In this document: positions 12,709-26,074 of the stretch, piece after piece | How positions within the stretch are numbered: position 1 is the stretch's first letter | Layout: the number at the start of each line of letters is the position of its first letter | Source: Octopus bimaculoides | Lineage: Eukaryota | DNA length: 64,000 nt | Direction of reading: 5' to 3' | NCBI RefSeq assembly: GCF_001194135.2 | Contig: NC_068981.1 | Location: forward strand, 187,897,941 to 187,961,940 | Notes under the pieces: generated by a model | Seen by the model: the letters and a program-made list of their open reading frames with translations, nothing else | The model's database searches: none | Told to the model about the DNA's origin: nothing | Translations under genes and position numbers: made by a program

Positions 12709-12972
12709 TAATGACAGAAAAATATTACAGTAATATACGACGTGTTCTTACTTTCAGGTACCTGTTCTGCTTTTGTGTTATATTTCAAACTTGTAATATT
12801 GGTTTAAAATAGTGGCACAAACCAGCATTTCGTCTGGCGTGCTAACGATTCTACCAGCTCGCCCCTTTCGATCTNNNNNNNNNNNNNNNNNNNNNNNNNN
12901 NNNNNNNNNNNNNNNNNNNNNNNNNNNNNNNNNNNNNNNNNNNNNNNNNNNNNNNNNNNNNNNNNNNNNNNN

Positions 12973-13003
<31 letters not shown>

Positions 13004-13004
13004 T

Positions 13005-13168
13005 GCGAAGGCTTCTTGTAGTTTCCCTTGATCCAAATCCACCCAGAAGGATTTGGTCGGTCCAGGGCTAGTAGAAGATACTTACTCAAGGTGACACGCA
13101 CACATTAGGATCGTACCTGAAACCATGCGGTTGGTAAGCAAACTGCTCACTACAGAACCACACCTGTA
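13005..13168 (-). mobile_element. SINE family C head/core, degenerate
   Basis: Reverse complement of the 23699-23855 head and core (CCAAATCCAC..GGTCGG..GTAGAAGATACTT..AACCATGCGGTTGGTAAGC). Confidence 0.75.
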
Positions 13169-13531
13169 TAATATCTAAGTTCATTTTCCAATATTTATTT
13201 CGACGAAAGTTGAACACTCACTTATTTTTCTTTGCTTCTTTGTCTCCTTTTCTCTCTCTCACTTTCTTTGTTTCTCACTTTCACTTTCTTTCTTTCTTAT
13301 TTGAAAAGTGAATTGTTTGCGAATAGGTTCTCGTTTTTGCCAGTTGTTTCTGACTTCCATCTATTTATACAATATCACATAGTCTTCAAGTGTTATTGAC
13401 ACTAACAAGAAAGCATCTATTAAAGAGCTGCATTTATTTAATTTATGAAACACACTACGCACATACAGACATAAACAAATAGATATATATATATATGCCC
13501 ATACAGTAGTATACACACAGACACACAGACA

Positions 13532-13576
<45 letters not shown>

Positions 13577-14299
13577 ATTCATTCATACATACATTCGCAT
13601 CTATGTATGTACATATGTATGTATGTACATATGTATGTATACATGTATATATGTATATATAAAGTATATTTATAGCCACGTACATGCGCGCACACACACA
13701 CATACATATGGACATTCATGCATACACACATGCATTCATACATACATACATACATACATACATACATACATACATACGTACATACGTACATATAGTCGTT
13801 GGAAACGTGATAGCTTTATCATTTATATATCCCTCTCACTAATCCTTCATTATTGTACATAAAGATATTTTTCTTTTGTATCTATGAAGTATTTATTCAC
13901 ATAATTTAATATAACAATACATCGCAGGAATTCGATTTCGTGTATTACTCTAGTGTTGATTTTTACCGAGTTTGAATACATTAGCGAAACTTTTCTTGCT
14001 CGGTGAATTATTTATGAATACGTTCCTTATTTTTCATGTTATTCCTGTATATCATGTTTGCATGGTATAATATTTTGAAGCAGTCACAAAACTTAGAAGT
14101 CATTTCAATTTTGTTGACGATGGTATTAAGTTCTCAAACGCTCAAGCAAATATCAATTCGTTTCGACTGTATTTATGTTTTCTGTACATATTAGAACGAT
14201 TATACTTTGAAGCGATTCCTACCACTGGCGATCATGTCGATGAAGAAAGCGCATTGTATATCATGTAACACTCAACAACCCCCGTTCAGATTTCTATAA

Positions 14300-14620
14300 G
14301 TAGGCGATAATATCTACAGGGAAACGAGTTATGGAAGAAAAACTATTTCACGGCAAAAAGATAACGTTGTAGTGAGTGACTTGATGCCCGTCGTGGACAG
14401 AATTTAAAAGGCGCTGAGAAGGAAAGAGATGTTAAAGAGACAACGGACCACTTTTACTGTCATTGGGTGCGGTGTAAACTAAGAATGTAAGATTCTAATC
14501 CGTGAGGTAGCAGCAAGTGGCAGAGATGCTACTGCAGGGATTCTCAGTTTTGTGAACTTTGGGGGAGTAATTCTCGTCAAAGTACGAGAATAAGGTTTAG
14601 ATAAGATAGCGTACGCTGAA
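14300..14620 (-). pseudogene. Degenerate Penelope-like reverse transcriptase fragment
   Basis: Minus strand PKVHKTENP (14537-14563; cf. PLE LPKIHKxxxP) and GIKSLT (14368-14388; cf. DIKSLYT), frameshifted. Confidence 0.55.
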
Positions 14621-14859
14621 GAATTCAAGCAGAAAAGATAAGTTGCCTATGTGCTTCAAACGATTTTACCAACGTCATCTATGCCACTAGAAAGCTCATA
14701 TATTGCTTCAAATACTAAAATATGTGGCCTAGTATATGTAGGCAAAATCCCATGGTCCTGAAATAATTTTTCCACCATAACTCAGAGTTCAGTACATATT
14801 ATCCCCTATTGAGGTCTGGATAAGAATCAACATTTATACAAAATCTTCGACCTGACCGA

Positions 14860-15600
14860 GTATATAAAACTAGGTGACCGTCACCTGATATTTCACTTCA
14901 GCGTCTCAACGACTTCGGCTTTTTACACCACCGTATCCAATGTTCCAATCCCCACGAGAAAAATAACACTTCTTTCATTTAGGACCCACATGTTTTCCGT
15001 GGTTTAAATAATTACTTGCACACATCCATAAATGCTGTACATATACCCCGAAATACACGTGCATACATCGTGTTGTTTTTATTATAACAGCACATCAATT
15101 ACCACATTATAATATTTTATTAAACACACAGAAACAACAACACTAAATACACTCACAGCACAAATACTCATATAAAATGGCCACATGCATTTTCTTACAA
15201 TCTCCATTTACGTACTCGTACAGCAACGCCACATTATACACAAATATACAAGTACTGAGACACACAGCATATACATACAACGTTAGATACATACGCATAA
15301 AATCGCCATGACATACAACTCACGTGCACATTATTTCTTTCAATATTGCTCTCGACTTTGAAAAGTGCCTTTACTTGCTCTCCCCATTTCGCTCCACCAG
15401 TTCATTCCCCATTTAATTACTAATTAACTCGCATGAGCTGCGTTCCACACTAATTTTCTTTCCTTTCATCTTCTTTATTTCTTTTCTTTCCTTCTCTTAC
15501 GTTTCTTTTATGAAGGAGAACCAAACCGAAGCATAACAACATTCCAGCTTGAAACTAATAAATTACCTCGGTATTTCCGGTTTATGGTTGTGAGTGTTGT
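14860..15600 (+). mobile_element. Internally deleted Penelope-like element: ORF N-terminal remnant plus 3' terminal region with a decayed hammerhead
   Basis: From 14997 RGLNNYLHTSINAVHIPRN..MATCIF..YSNATL resembles octopus PLE ORF N-termini (from memory, unverified). 15505-15565 TTT-TATGAAGG..CCGAAGCAT..GAAACTAATA resembles the 7570-7745 terminal repeat. Confidence 0.45.
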
Positions 15601-16124
15601 TCTTAAGACACTTCCTTGGGTTTCCTACACGCTGATGAATTAATTAGACGCCGTTCCTCGTGGACTATCCTGTTCAGATTACACAGTGTCTACGATTACA
15701 TATACACAAACCCCCACACACAAACACACACTGATACGTATACATATACATACAAGTGTGTTTGTATTTTGGCAGTGAGAATTTATTATTCAAGTATTTA
15801 CGTATGTCTGTGTGTATAAGTGTTTGTGTCACACGGACACAAACACATTTCATATCACTACTACTACTACAAAAAAAAAAAAATGGTGTTATATCAAGGT
15901 GTTAACTCAGCATCTCAATAAATATAATCAATAAAATAATTACCTGATGGAAATACGTAAAAGAGTTGATATTTCCGAAAAATAAACCCTTTGAGGCACT
16001 CCATCTTCATGGTAACGGAATAATGATCGAAACATTTCGAAGAAGGAATATACACACGGATGAATACGGATGTGCATACATTTATACACACATGCATACG
16101 CACACTTATATAATATATAGGTTT

Positions 16125-16332
16125 CAAATTTTGGAACAAGGGAGTAATTTCGAGGGAGGGGACAAGTTGATTACATCGAATCCAGTACTCGACTGGTACT
16201 TATTTCATCGACCGCGAAAGGATGAGAAACTAAGTCAATCTCGATGGATCTTGAACTCAGAACGTAAAGACGGACGAAATGCAGCTAAACATTTTATCCG
16301 GCGTGCTAACGATTTTGCCAGTTCACCGCCTA
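16125..16332 (-). mobile_element. SINE family A (tail type 3)
   Basis: Reverse complement of the A head and body with a tail ending ..CCAAAATTTGAAA. Confidence 0.8.
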
Positions 16333-16357
16333 GCACTCTTATATAGCATATTACTTC

Positions 16358-16398
<41 letters not shown>

Positions 16399-17252
16399 TT
16401 TTTTCTTTATTATATGGTACAAATATTATATGTATATAAANNNNNNNNNNNNNNNNNNNNNNNNNNNNNNNNNNNNNNNNNNNNNNNNNNNNNNNNNNNN
16501 NNNNNNNNNNNNNNNNNNNNNNNNNNNNNNNNNNNNNNNNNNNNNNNNNNNNNNNNNNNNNNNNNNNNNNNNNNNNNNNNNNNNNNNNNNNNNNNNNNNN
16601 NNNNNNNNNNNNNNNNNNNNNNNNNNNNNNNNNNNNNNNNNNNNNNNNNNNNNNNNNNNNNNNNNNNNNNNNNNNNNNNNNNNNNNNNNNNNNNNNNNNN
16701 NNNNNNNNNNNNNNNNNNNNNNNNNNNNNNNNNNNNNNNNNNNNNNNNNNNNNNNNNNNNNNNNNNNNNNNNNNNNNNNNNNNNNNNNNNNNNNNNNNNN
16801 NNNNNNNNNNNNNNNNNNNNNNNNNNNNNNNNNNNNNNNNNNNNNNNNNNNNNNNNNNNNNNNNNNNNNNNNNNNNNNNNNNNNNNNNNNNNNNNNNNNN
16901 NNNNNNNNNNNNNNNNNNNNNNNNNNNNNNNNNNNNNNNNNNNNNNNNNNNNNNNNNNNNNNNNNNNNNNNNNNNNNNNNNNNNNNNNNNNNNNNNNNNN
17001 NNNNNNNNNNNNNNNNNNNNNNNNNNNNNNNNNNNNNNNNNNNNNNNNNNNNNNNNNNNNNNNNNNNNNNNNNNNNNNNNNNNNNNNNNNNNNNNNNNNN
17101 NNNNNNNNNNNNNNNNNNNNNNNNNNNNNNNNNNNNNNNNNNNNNNNNNNNNNNNNNNNNNNNNNNNNNNNNNNNNNNNNNNNNNNNTATATATATAAAG
17201 ATATATTATTCTTATATATGTCACAAAAATATATAATGATTATAAATATCAA

Positions 17253-17286
<34 letters not shown>

Positions 17287-17439
17287 CATATATATTGCAT
17301 GCATACATATATACATACATATATACATACGTACATACATTTAATGCTCATATTTGATAGTCAATCACGGAAAGGTTGTCAATCAGGCTGAGAGCATGTA
17401 CATCAACAACTTGTCTATCTCCCCTATTTCTAACGATGA

Positions 17440-17702
17440 AAACTACAATCGATTGGAATGGTTTATACATTGGTGCTGTGAATAAAGCCAGATTAACGGA
17501 AGAGTACTTCTGTAGACTCAGGAAAATATGGAACTCAGAGCTGTCTGCAATTAACAAAACTATATGTGACAGTGCTTTTGCCGTACCAGTGCTAGTATCA
17601 ACATTTGGGATATTGGACTGGACACTCGATGAGATACGCAACCTGAACATAAAGACCAGAAAGGTACCGATCACCACTGGCAACTTCCACATTAACAGTG
17701 AC
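17440..17702 (+). pseudogene. R4/Dong-like retrotransposon RT C-terminal fragment
   Basis: EEYFCRLRKIWNSELSAINK..AFAVPVLVSTFGILDWTLDEIRNLNIKTRK..FHINSD matches the R4/Dong post-RT region (NKxxAIN.FAxPVL.Y.FG...W....L..LDxKTRK..H..SD). Confidence 0.75.
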
Positions 17703-17905
17703 ACCGGTAGAAGCAAAAGATCAGGACAAATATATATAAAAAACTTAAATAATATCTGTCACTTGTGTTTTAAACTTTGTCAGTCAGCAGCTGGTCTTAA
17801 AAGTCATCTAAGGGCTCATCAATGGAGTGATTGTGCTGTGTGATGGGTTGTGGTGTGCGTTGATTGGACGATTGTCTTCTGTGAAGATAAAGCAATCATC
17901 ATACA
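17703..17905 (+). mobile_element. 5'-truncated RTE-clade LINE 3' end
   Basis: CHLCFKLCQSAAGLKSHLRAH is the RTE C-terminal C2H2-like motif; short 3' UTR, then an (ATAG)n tail. Confidence 0.75.
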
Positions 17906-18022
<117 letters not shown>

Positions 18023-18055
18023 AGATGGTAGAAAGGGAGAGAGGCAGTGTATTTA

Positions 18056-18103
18056 ACTGTAGATTATTTCACTGTAGATTATTTCACTGTAGATTATTTC
18101 ACT
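18056..18103. repeat. 15-bp tandem repeat ACTGTAGATTATTTC x3
   Basis: Three identical units. Confidence 0.9.
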
Positions 18104-19289
18104 ACATTCCTTTTAAGTCCTTTCTGTGTAACTTAAGACGTATCTGGCTACCATTTCCAGCATATGCAGACCAAATAGTTATACGCTTCCTCATTATCTG
18201 TTTTGTTTTTATTCTTATTATGTAGCAACAGCAAATATCACTAATTGCCAAATCTTTCGTTATATACCGTAACTTGCATCAATCTTAACATTTTTACTGC
18301 CTATTTTCTTTTTTTCGGTTGCTTTCTTTACTAAATTTGAAATTTGTGTCTTAAGTTATTTTGGAAAAGAATTTTTCTTCGAGTTATAGTAATTACTTCT
18401 TTTTGAAGCACCAGCCACATTTGTCTACAAAATAATAAACTTTTGGTTTAATTACACCCAAAATAAATACAATAAAAACATTTTATTGTTGTCACAGTTT
18501 TTTTTGATTATTACTATACAGTAGACAGAAACTACATAAATCACTATTTTAAGCCTTTTCATAAGTGAAATCTCATTCATTCTTAATAATCAATCGATTC
18601 TATGTTCATATCGATTACTCTACTGCTTTTTATAGATAAAGTTATTTTTTGCTTTTTAAATAAAAAAGAACTAATAAGAATAGGTTACATCGGTGTTTTA
18701 TGTCTGATCTGCTCTGTTTCTTTCTTATATTGGATTTACCAGTCTAATCTAAGATCCCCTCTGCATAGTTATATATTAAGCAATGACGCCCACTCTATCG
18801 TACGTACGGATGAAATTAATAAAATTTCAATATGGCGTTCTCAGTAAATATTTTCTTATGAACATTAATATCATTATTGCGTTCCTTGATAATAAGTGTT
18901 ATTTTCTCTTGTAGATATATAACGTCTTCCCTAATTTTTTACAATGAAATAGCAATGACAATTTTATGTTTTATCGAAATATTTTTACACAAGTAATTTC
19001 TCTCAGTATCAACTGCCCCAACATTTCCCATGTAATAAGTTTTGTAACAGAAAATTGTTAGTTTTTTCCTCACATAGATGACGACTCTTTAGCGTTGATG
19101 TAGGAAGGAAACATTTTTTTATTTACTAAATATCTAAGTAAGAATTAATTGCTGTATTACATTAAGTCTGAACTCATTACGTATATGAAAGTAGTCTCTT
19201 TATCCGACGATTATCTAAAGTGGCAGGTATAGATACTGTTTGTAATAAATGGCTAATTGTTTATACCTAGAGAATACTATGGGTTTTGC

Positions 19290-19460
19290 TGCTGGATTTT
19301 ACAAAGAAAGTGTTTGTGATGACAAGATCATTCAATGTTCAAACCTCCAGAAGTCTCTGGCCATTATCTTTCCTATTCCCAATCCCGTGATGGCGAAGAC
19401 TGCGTAGTCAGATGTGATCATTATTTCCTACAAAGCATTAAATTCCCCAAGTCTGTAGAA
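19290..19460 (-). pseudogene. Degenerate RTE-clade AP-endonuclease fragment
   Basis: Minus strand LGEFNA (19434-19451), DNGQRLLE (19345-19368), NDLVITNTFF (19303-19332): canonical GDFNA..NxNGxRLL..NDLxITNTFF motifs. Confidence 0.8.
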
Positions 19461-20414
19461 ACGCTTTTCTCTTAACATCACTCGAACTGCATCTTAGAGA
19501 AAGTTATAGAACAAATTTTAAGGACAAAAGAACTAATGAGGTTCACCTGTCCTTATGTTGTGAGAAGCCAGAAGGGCATAATTTGTTCTGAGATGCCTAC
19601 TGGTGTTATTGTAATAACACCAATATTGTACATGAAAGGAATTCCCACAATAATAAATATAACAACTATATTTAATGTTGTTTTAGGAAATAAGGGAAAA
19701 AAACTGAACATATTTGAAAATTGGAAATGAAGATATTATAAATGAAGATAAGTAAAATTATTATTTTCAGATATAAAGAAAAAAATAGAGATTATAGAAA
19801 TGAATTTTTGTTGGACTTTATACTTTATTCTTTGTAATTTAAAATTTTAAAAATTGCATTTCGTTAAGAAAATAATTAATTCCTAGGGTGCCATATTTTC
19901 CAATTCTATAAAATGCTTATAAATATGTTTATGATTAAAACTTCTCAACACATTTTTTCGTATTACTATAATTATCCTAATTATAATGGCTGTAGTCTCA
20001 AGAGCAATTTTGTTTATGAAAATCTTTTTCCTTAAAGTATATGATTACAGATATTCAATAAAGCTTCCGAAAAATGTGAATTTAATCATGAAAGTATGAA
20101 GGCTTATAGAAAATCTAAAGAATAAAACTTTATCGATTGATGTACATTTTTCTATTCCTTGTGGTATCAAAAGACACAAACAAATATGCTACGAGGTATT
20201 CAGAAATACATTTTATAATTGGTATGAAGTCTATGTCATTATTGATGTTACAAAGTATAACAAAGTTAGACATTTTTTACACTTCTCAAAAACATGACAG
20301 AAGATTTAATTTTTGTATTTGTTTTAGAATTTTAGATATTTAACACCCCAATATAGTGTTTCGAATAATATTTAAAACATTTTCTATTCGGAGTAACCAA
20401 TGAAAAATGAATAG

Positions 20415-20776
20415 ACAATTGTTTTCGATCATTCTACTTGAAAAATATATACTACGAAAAATATTGAGAAATTACGAAATCTTTAAAATTCGATTTTAAA
20501 CTTAAGCATCGTGAAAATTATTTGCCATCTAATTGTGGCTAACCCTTAAGGATTGATGCTACTGTAGCTTGTAGCCCCAGGAAGATATCTCCTCCAGCTG
20601 GCTATTGACACACTATCTGTGCCCTATCAGTATTTGGAAAGGGAAGTCACCGTTCCCATCTTCAGTCTGACGTGATACACACGATACAATTGTTTTCGAA
20701 CATTTTGCTTGAAAAATATATACTACGAAAAATATTGAGAAATTACAAACTCTTAAAAGTTCGATTTTGAACCTAA
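20415..20776. repeat. ~91-bp imperfect direct repeat (20415-20505, 20686-20776) flanking a 180-bp insert
   Basis: Both copies contain an identical core TTGAAAAATATATACTACGAAAAATATTGAGAAATTAC. Confidence 0.9.
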
Positions 20777-21559
20777 ACAAGGTAAGCGCCAGATATTTTA
20801 GCAAAATTCTGTTATACTTCTATGATGTTTTCTGTGTCATTTTTACATTTTTCAAGAAACTGTTTTCAATATTTCATAAACATGTTTTGTAAAATATACA
20901 TTAAGACAAAGGGTTTAAATGATTCATTTCGTTTATGTGGATTTATACTTTCAAACTATGTAGAGTTTCAAGCTCTACCCAGCCTACATGTACTTTCTGC
21001 TTAAGAATTTCCAAATTGATATATTGGGATTAGTACATTTATCGAAAAATAATTCAATGGCTTCCTCAGAATTTAAATGTCACTACACCTCAAATAACAC
21101 GATGCAACCATATAATGAATATTCATTTTCAAAGCATTCGTCTTGACTGCATATGTCTTTCGATAAATGCGTAGTAGCTAATCAAGAGACAAATAAGTTG
21201 ATGGCTTACACATTCGCTCCCTAAATAAAAAATAAGAAAAGAAAAGAAAAACACTGGAAAACAATGAGGTTCGTCTTTCTTTAAGCTTTCTTTATTAAGA
21301 ACAGAATCTTAAACATGAAAACAACCCTTCTTAGTTGCGAAAACCATATACCGCTTTTTCAAATATATGTTCCAAAGTATTGGTTTCTTATTATTTAATT
21401 TAACCTGTTTAGTTTTCTCTGGAATTCAGTGTGGCCTAATTTTTGGCAGCGTTAAGCTCTACAAAGATAGCTGAGCTCCAAACCAGAAGATAAACTTTTG
21501 TCCCCATCTTGTTGATATTCAAGTGTTTGTAACATGCTGTTGTATACAACGAGCAAGTG

Positions 21560-21765
21560 AAGAAGTTTCTATATGGTTACTCAACGTGATTAGTAGTCAA
21601 ATTCCTCTCAAATCACAGCATCCAGCCTTAAAAGCTAATACACATATTGGATAAGGTAATTCTACATAAAACTGTACCAGAATGAAAAGTTACTGAATGG
21701 AGCATTCGTTGATTATAGGTTTTCTTTGTTGAAACTTGGGTAAGATTACAATAACAAGAAGTAAA
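21560..21765 (+). mobile_element. Degenerate family E repeat
   Basis: TAGTAGTCAAATTCCTCTCAAATCACAGC..CCTTAAAA similar to 2578-2627. Confidence 0.4.
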
Positions 21766-22833
21766 ATGAAAACCAATATACTTAGTAGATTATGGCTACA
21801 TGTTGCCATCTGAATTTTCGATCAAATAACAATTCTTACTCGGAATTTCTCTTTACTAAATTGGATTCTAAAAAACTTGGTTCGGTGTATTTTGCACCAC
21901 TAACGGATATTTATACCTGACTCATATAGTTTTTCATAATAGAGTAGATTGTTACATGCCGGTAATTCTTTCTTATTTACCCACTCACTCCACTCATTGT
22001 TAATTTTTTCATATCTGTTGTTCCTCATCCGTATCATCTCTGATTCTGTTCTACGTCCTAATAAACCTTTCTTATTTGGGCACAAGGTCATCAAATTTGA
22101 GCGGTGGAGAAATCAATCACATCCACACCCAGCATTCAACTATTACGAAAAGATGAAAAGCAAACTCGACCTCACCGTAATGTGAACTCAGAAAGTAAAC
22201 ACTGAAAAATGCAGCCGAGCGTGTTGTCCGGTGCGGTAACGATTCAGCCAGCTCACTACGTTCTGGTAAAAGTAGTGCTTACTTCAAAGCCATTTTAACA
22301 GGAAGGAAAATTTTAATTTCCGGAAACTTAAGCAATAGTCAAAGAGCTTAATGGTAGATACAAAGAATAAGCCAAATTACTTGACAGTTGTGTAAATAAT
22401 ACATTCAGACAAAAGCACAATTGCCGGCAAATGATCAGCTAAAAAAAATCACAGTATGTGTGTGTGTGCGTGCGGGCACAAGCGCGTGTCTGTCTATGTG
22501 TTTATATATATATGCGTGTATGTACATGTACACACATATATACGCATTCATATTTACGTCTCTACATTTTTATGCATATTTATATACATATTTCTATATA
22601 TCATATACACTATATTAAAAAGTAGCAAAAATATCACAAAAAACTGTTATTCAGAGTTTAGATTCTAAACAAAACTGTCCGACGAACGGGAACGGGAAAC
22701 TCAGAGCAATAGTTTTTGTGATATCTTTGCTGCTTTTTAATAAAGCATATTACACTACCTCTGGTATTCGAGTACTATTTTTTCCACCTTGTTTCGCATT
22801 TATGTGATGACTTTGGTATATATATATGCATAC

Positions 22834-22909
<76 letters not shown>

Positions 22910-23698
22910 TCTGGATGTGTACGTGTGTGCGGGTACTTGCATATATGGACGCGCGTGTGTGTGTGTGTGTGTGCGTGTGCGTGCATGCGAGAATGTGCGT
23001 ATATAGACGTGTTTTACCCTTATTGCTTTTTTTACACTTTTTTCTGTATTTTGCCCTTAGCCCTGTTTTTTTTTGTTCATGTGCATATATAGACATGTGT
23101 ATGAATCTTTTTTGCGCGCATGTGTATGTGTGCGAGCGTGTTGCTCGCGTGTGTGTGCGTGCGAGCGTGTATGCGGATATGTATATATTTTTTGGCGAAT
23201 GTGTGGGTAAGCATATATGTGTTTCAAGTTAGGGTGGACGAGTATATACATATGGGTGCAATTCGTGGGTTTGCGGGCGCGCATGCGTATGTATGGACTG
23301 GTGCGCTTACGCGAATACTATGGACATTTTCACTCCCTTACTTTTACTCCCTCCCCTCACTTAGCGGTCATTCTAATAGGTTTTATAGTGTTGCAGTATT
23401 ATCGGATGAAAATTAGGCTTTAGTTTCTGTTATCAAATATGTTTTGAACAGATTCTTCTATTTTCCACGGCACTTCTTAACAGTTCACTACGCAATGCTG
23501 TGCATGAGTTTTGTTTCTCTTGCTTTTTTTTTTCTCCTTTTGACTAACTTCACTTATTCTCTTATATATTATTTTCTATTGGGATTAAATTCTTGATGCT
23601 AACATAATTTTCCATCAAACATAGTACTGAAGATTTGGTTGTATTTCTGTAATTTCAAACATTATATATTCCTTGATCATCTTCAAATGTTCAATATA

Positions 23699-24095
23699 GA
23701 GTGGCTGTGTGGTAAGTTGCTTGCTTCCCAACCACATGGTTCCGGGTTCAGTCCCACTGCGTGGCAACTTGGGCAAGTGTCTTCTACTATAGCCTCGGGC
23801 CGACCAAAGCCTTGTGAGTGGATTTGGTAGACAGAAACTTAAAGAATCCCGTCGTATATATGTATATGTATATATGTGTGTTTGTTTTTTTGTTTGTCCC
23901 ACCAACATTGATTGACAACCGATGCTGGTGTGTTTACGTCCCCGTAACTTAGCGGTTCGGCAAAACAGACCGATAGAATAAGTACTAGGCTTACAAAGAA
24001 TAAGTCCTGGGGTCGATTTGCTCGACTAAAGGCGGTGCTCCAGCATGGCCACAGTCAAATGACTGAAACAAGTAAAAGAATAAAAAATAAAAGAA
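23699..24095 (+). mobile_element. Full-length tRNA-derived SINE family C with internal (TA)/(TG) microsatellite
   Basis: A box GTGGCTGTGTGGT, B-like GGTTCAGTCCC, core TTGGGCAAGTGTCTTCTACTATAGCC, tail GCGGTTCGGCAAA..CTGAAACAAGTAAAAGAATAAAA; other copies at 13005, 34123, 51070. Confidence 0.9.
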
Positions 24096-24277
24096 TGTAT
24101 TTATGTACGTACGTACGTACGTACATAAATACATTCTTTTATTTTTTATTCTTTTACTTGTTTCAGTCATTTGACTGTGGCCATGCTGGAGCACCGCCTT
24201 TAGTCGAGCAAATCGACCCCAGGACTTATTCTTTGTAAGCCTAGTACTTATTCTATCGGTCTGTTTTGCCGAACCGC
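23952..24277. repeat. 326-bp perfect spacerless palindrome centred on (GTAC)n, ending at an N-gap
   Basis: Arms are exact reverse complements; identical ORFs 23991..24194(-) and 24035..24238(+). Confidence 0.95.
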
Positions 24278-25144
24278 NNNNNNNNNNNNNNNNNNNNNNN
24301 NNNNNNNNNNNNNNNNNNNNNNNNNNNNNNNNNNNNNNNNNNNNNNNNNNNNNNNNNNNNNNNNNNNNNNNNNNNNNNNNNNNNNNNNNNNNNNNNNNNN
24401 NNNNNNNNNNNNNNNNNNNNNNNNNNNNNNNNNNNNNNNNNNNNNNNNNNNNNNNNNNNNNNNNNNNNNNNNNNNNNNNNNNNNNNNNNNNNNNNNNNNN
24501 NNNNNNNNNNNNNNNNNNNNNNNNNNNNNNNNNNNNNNNNNNNNNNNNNNNNNNNNNNNNNNNNNNNNNNNNNNNNNNNNNNNNNNNNNNNNNNNNNNNN
24601 NNNNNNNNNNNNNNNNNNNNNNNNNNNNNNNNNNNNNNNNNNNNNNNNNNNNNNNNNNNNNNNNNNNNNNNNNNNNNNNNNNNNNNNNNNNNNNNNNNNN
24701 NNNNNNNNNNNNNNNNNNNNNNNNNNNNNNNNNNNNNNNNNNNNNNNNNNNNNNNNNNNNNNNNNNNNNNNNNNNNNNNNNNNNNNNNNNNNNNNNNNNN
24801 NNNNNNNNNNNNNNNNNNNNNNNNNNNNNNNNNNNNNNNNNNNNNNNNNNNNNNNNNNNNNNNNNNNNNNNNNNNNNNNNNNNNNNNNNNNNNNNNNNNN
24901 NNNNNNNNNNNNNNNNNNNNNNNNNNNNNNNNNNNNNNNNNNNNNNNNNNNNNNNNNNNNNNNNNNNNNNNNNNNNNNNNNNNNNNNNNNNNNNNNNNNN
25001 NNNNNNNNNNNNNNNNNNNNNNNNNNNNNNNNNNNNNNNNNNNNNNNNNNNNNNNNNNNNNNNNNNNNNNNNNNNNNNNNNNNNNNNNNNNNNNNNNNNN
25101 NNNNNNNNNNNNNNNNNNNNNNNNNNNNNNNNNNNNNNNNNNNN

Positions 25145-25191
<47 letters not shown>

Positions 25192-25745
25192 TGTGTATAT
25201 ATTCATACATACACACACACACACACACGCACACACATATGCTTATATATTTACATATACACGTATACATATGTGTGCGCGTGTATATGTGTGCGCGTGT
25301 GTGCGCATGTATGTATACATACACATATGTGCACATGAAAATATATGCATATACATATACGTATGTATGAATGTATGTATCACAGTTCTTTAAAATCTCG
25401 CGACGCATCTGTTAAAGACTAATGAACCATTCTGATATTTTTGAGCGGCCAAATTCGACATTGTGACAAGAAGCTTTTCTTTTTCTTTTTTTTTTTCTAA
25501 ATAAAGAAAAATTGTTCGAATGGAATCGAGAAACAGTTATCTAACGAAATCTCTCTTCAGAATTGACGGCTTAGAATCTCTAAAGCTGTAAACATAGCTT
25601 GTCTGAATTGCTGTTGCTTCTGATTATAAATTGTTCATTGGAATAAGCATAGTTTTGACAGAATTGCCAAAGACTATATAGTAATTTTTTTTTGTACTGA
25701 TTTTTTTTCTCATAAATAATATTAATGTGATAACTTTGATATAAG

Positions 25746-25958
25746 TTACAAAATTTGGCACAAGGCCAGCAATTTCCGAGGAGGGGCCTAGCCGATTACA
25801 TCGACTCTAGTAATCATCTGGTATTTATTTAATGAACTACGAAACGATGAACCACAAAGTCGACCTCGGCGGAATTTGAACTTAGAACGTAAAGTTGAAT
25901 GAAATGCCGCTAAGCATTTTGCCCGACGTGCAAACCAGTCTGCCGGCTCGTCACCTTA
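25746..25958 (-). mobile_element. SINE family A (tail 3)
   Basis: AAAATTTGGCACAAGGCCAGCAATTT..GTCGACCTCGGCGGAATTTGAAC..GCTAAGCATTTTGCCCG. Confidence 0.85.
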
Positions 25959-26074
25959 ATGTGATAAATTTAATATAACCTGCAATATTTATAACACGCC
26001 ATGTATTCTTTTGAATGTTTCAAAGATGTTAAAATATTATTAATAATGTCGTCTTAAGTGTAAGTTGTAAATTC

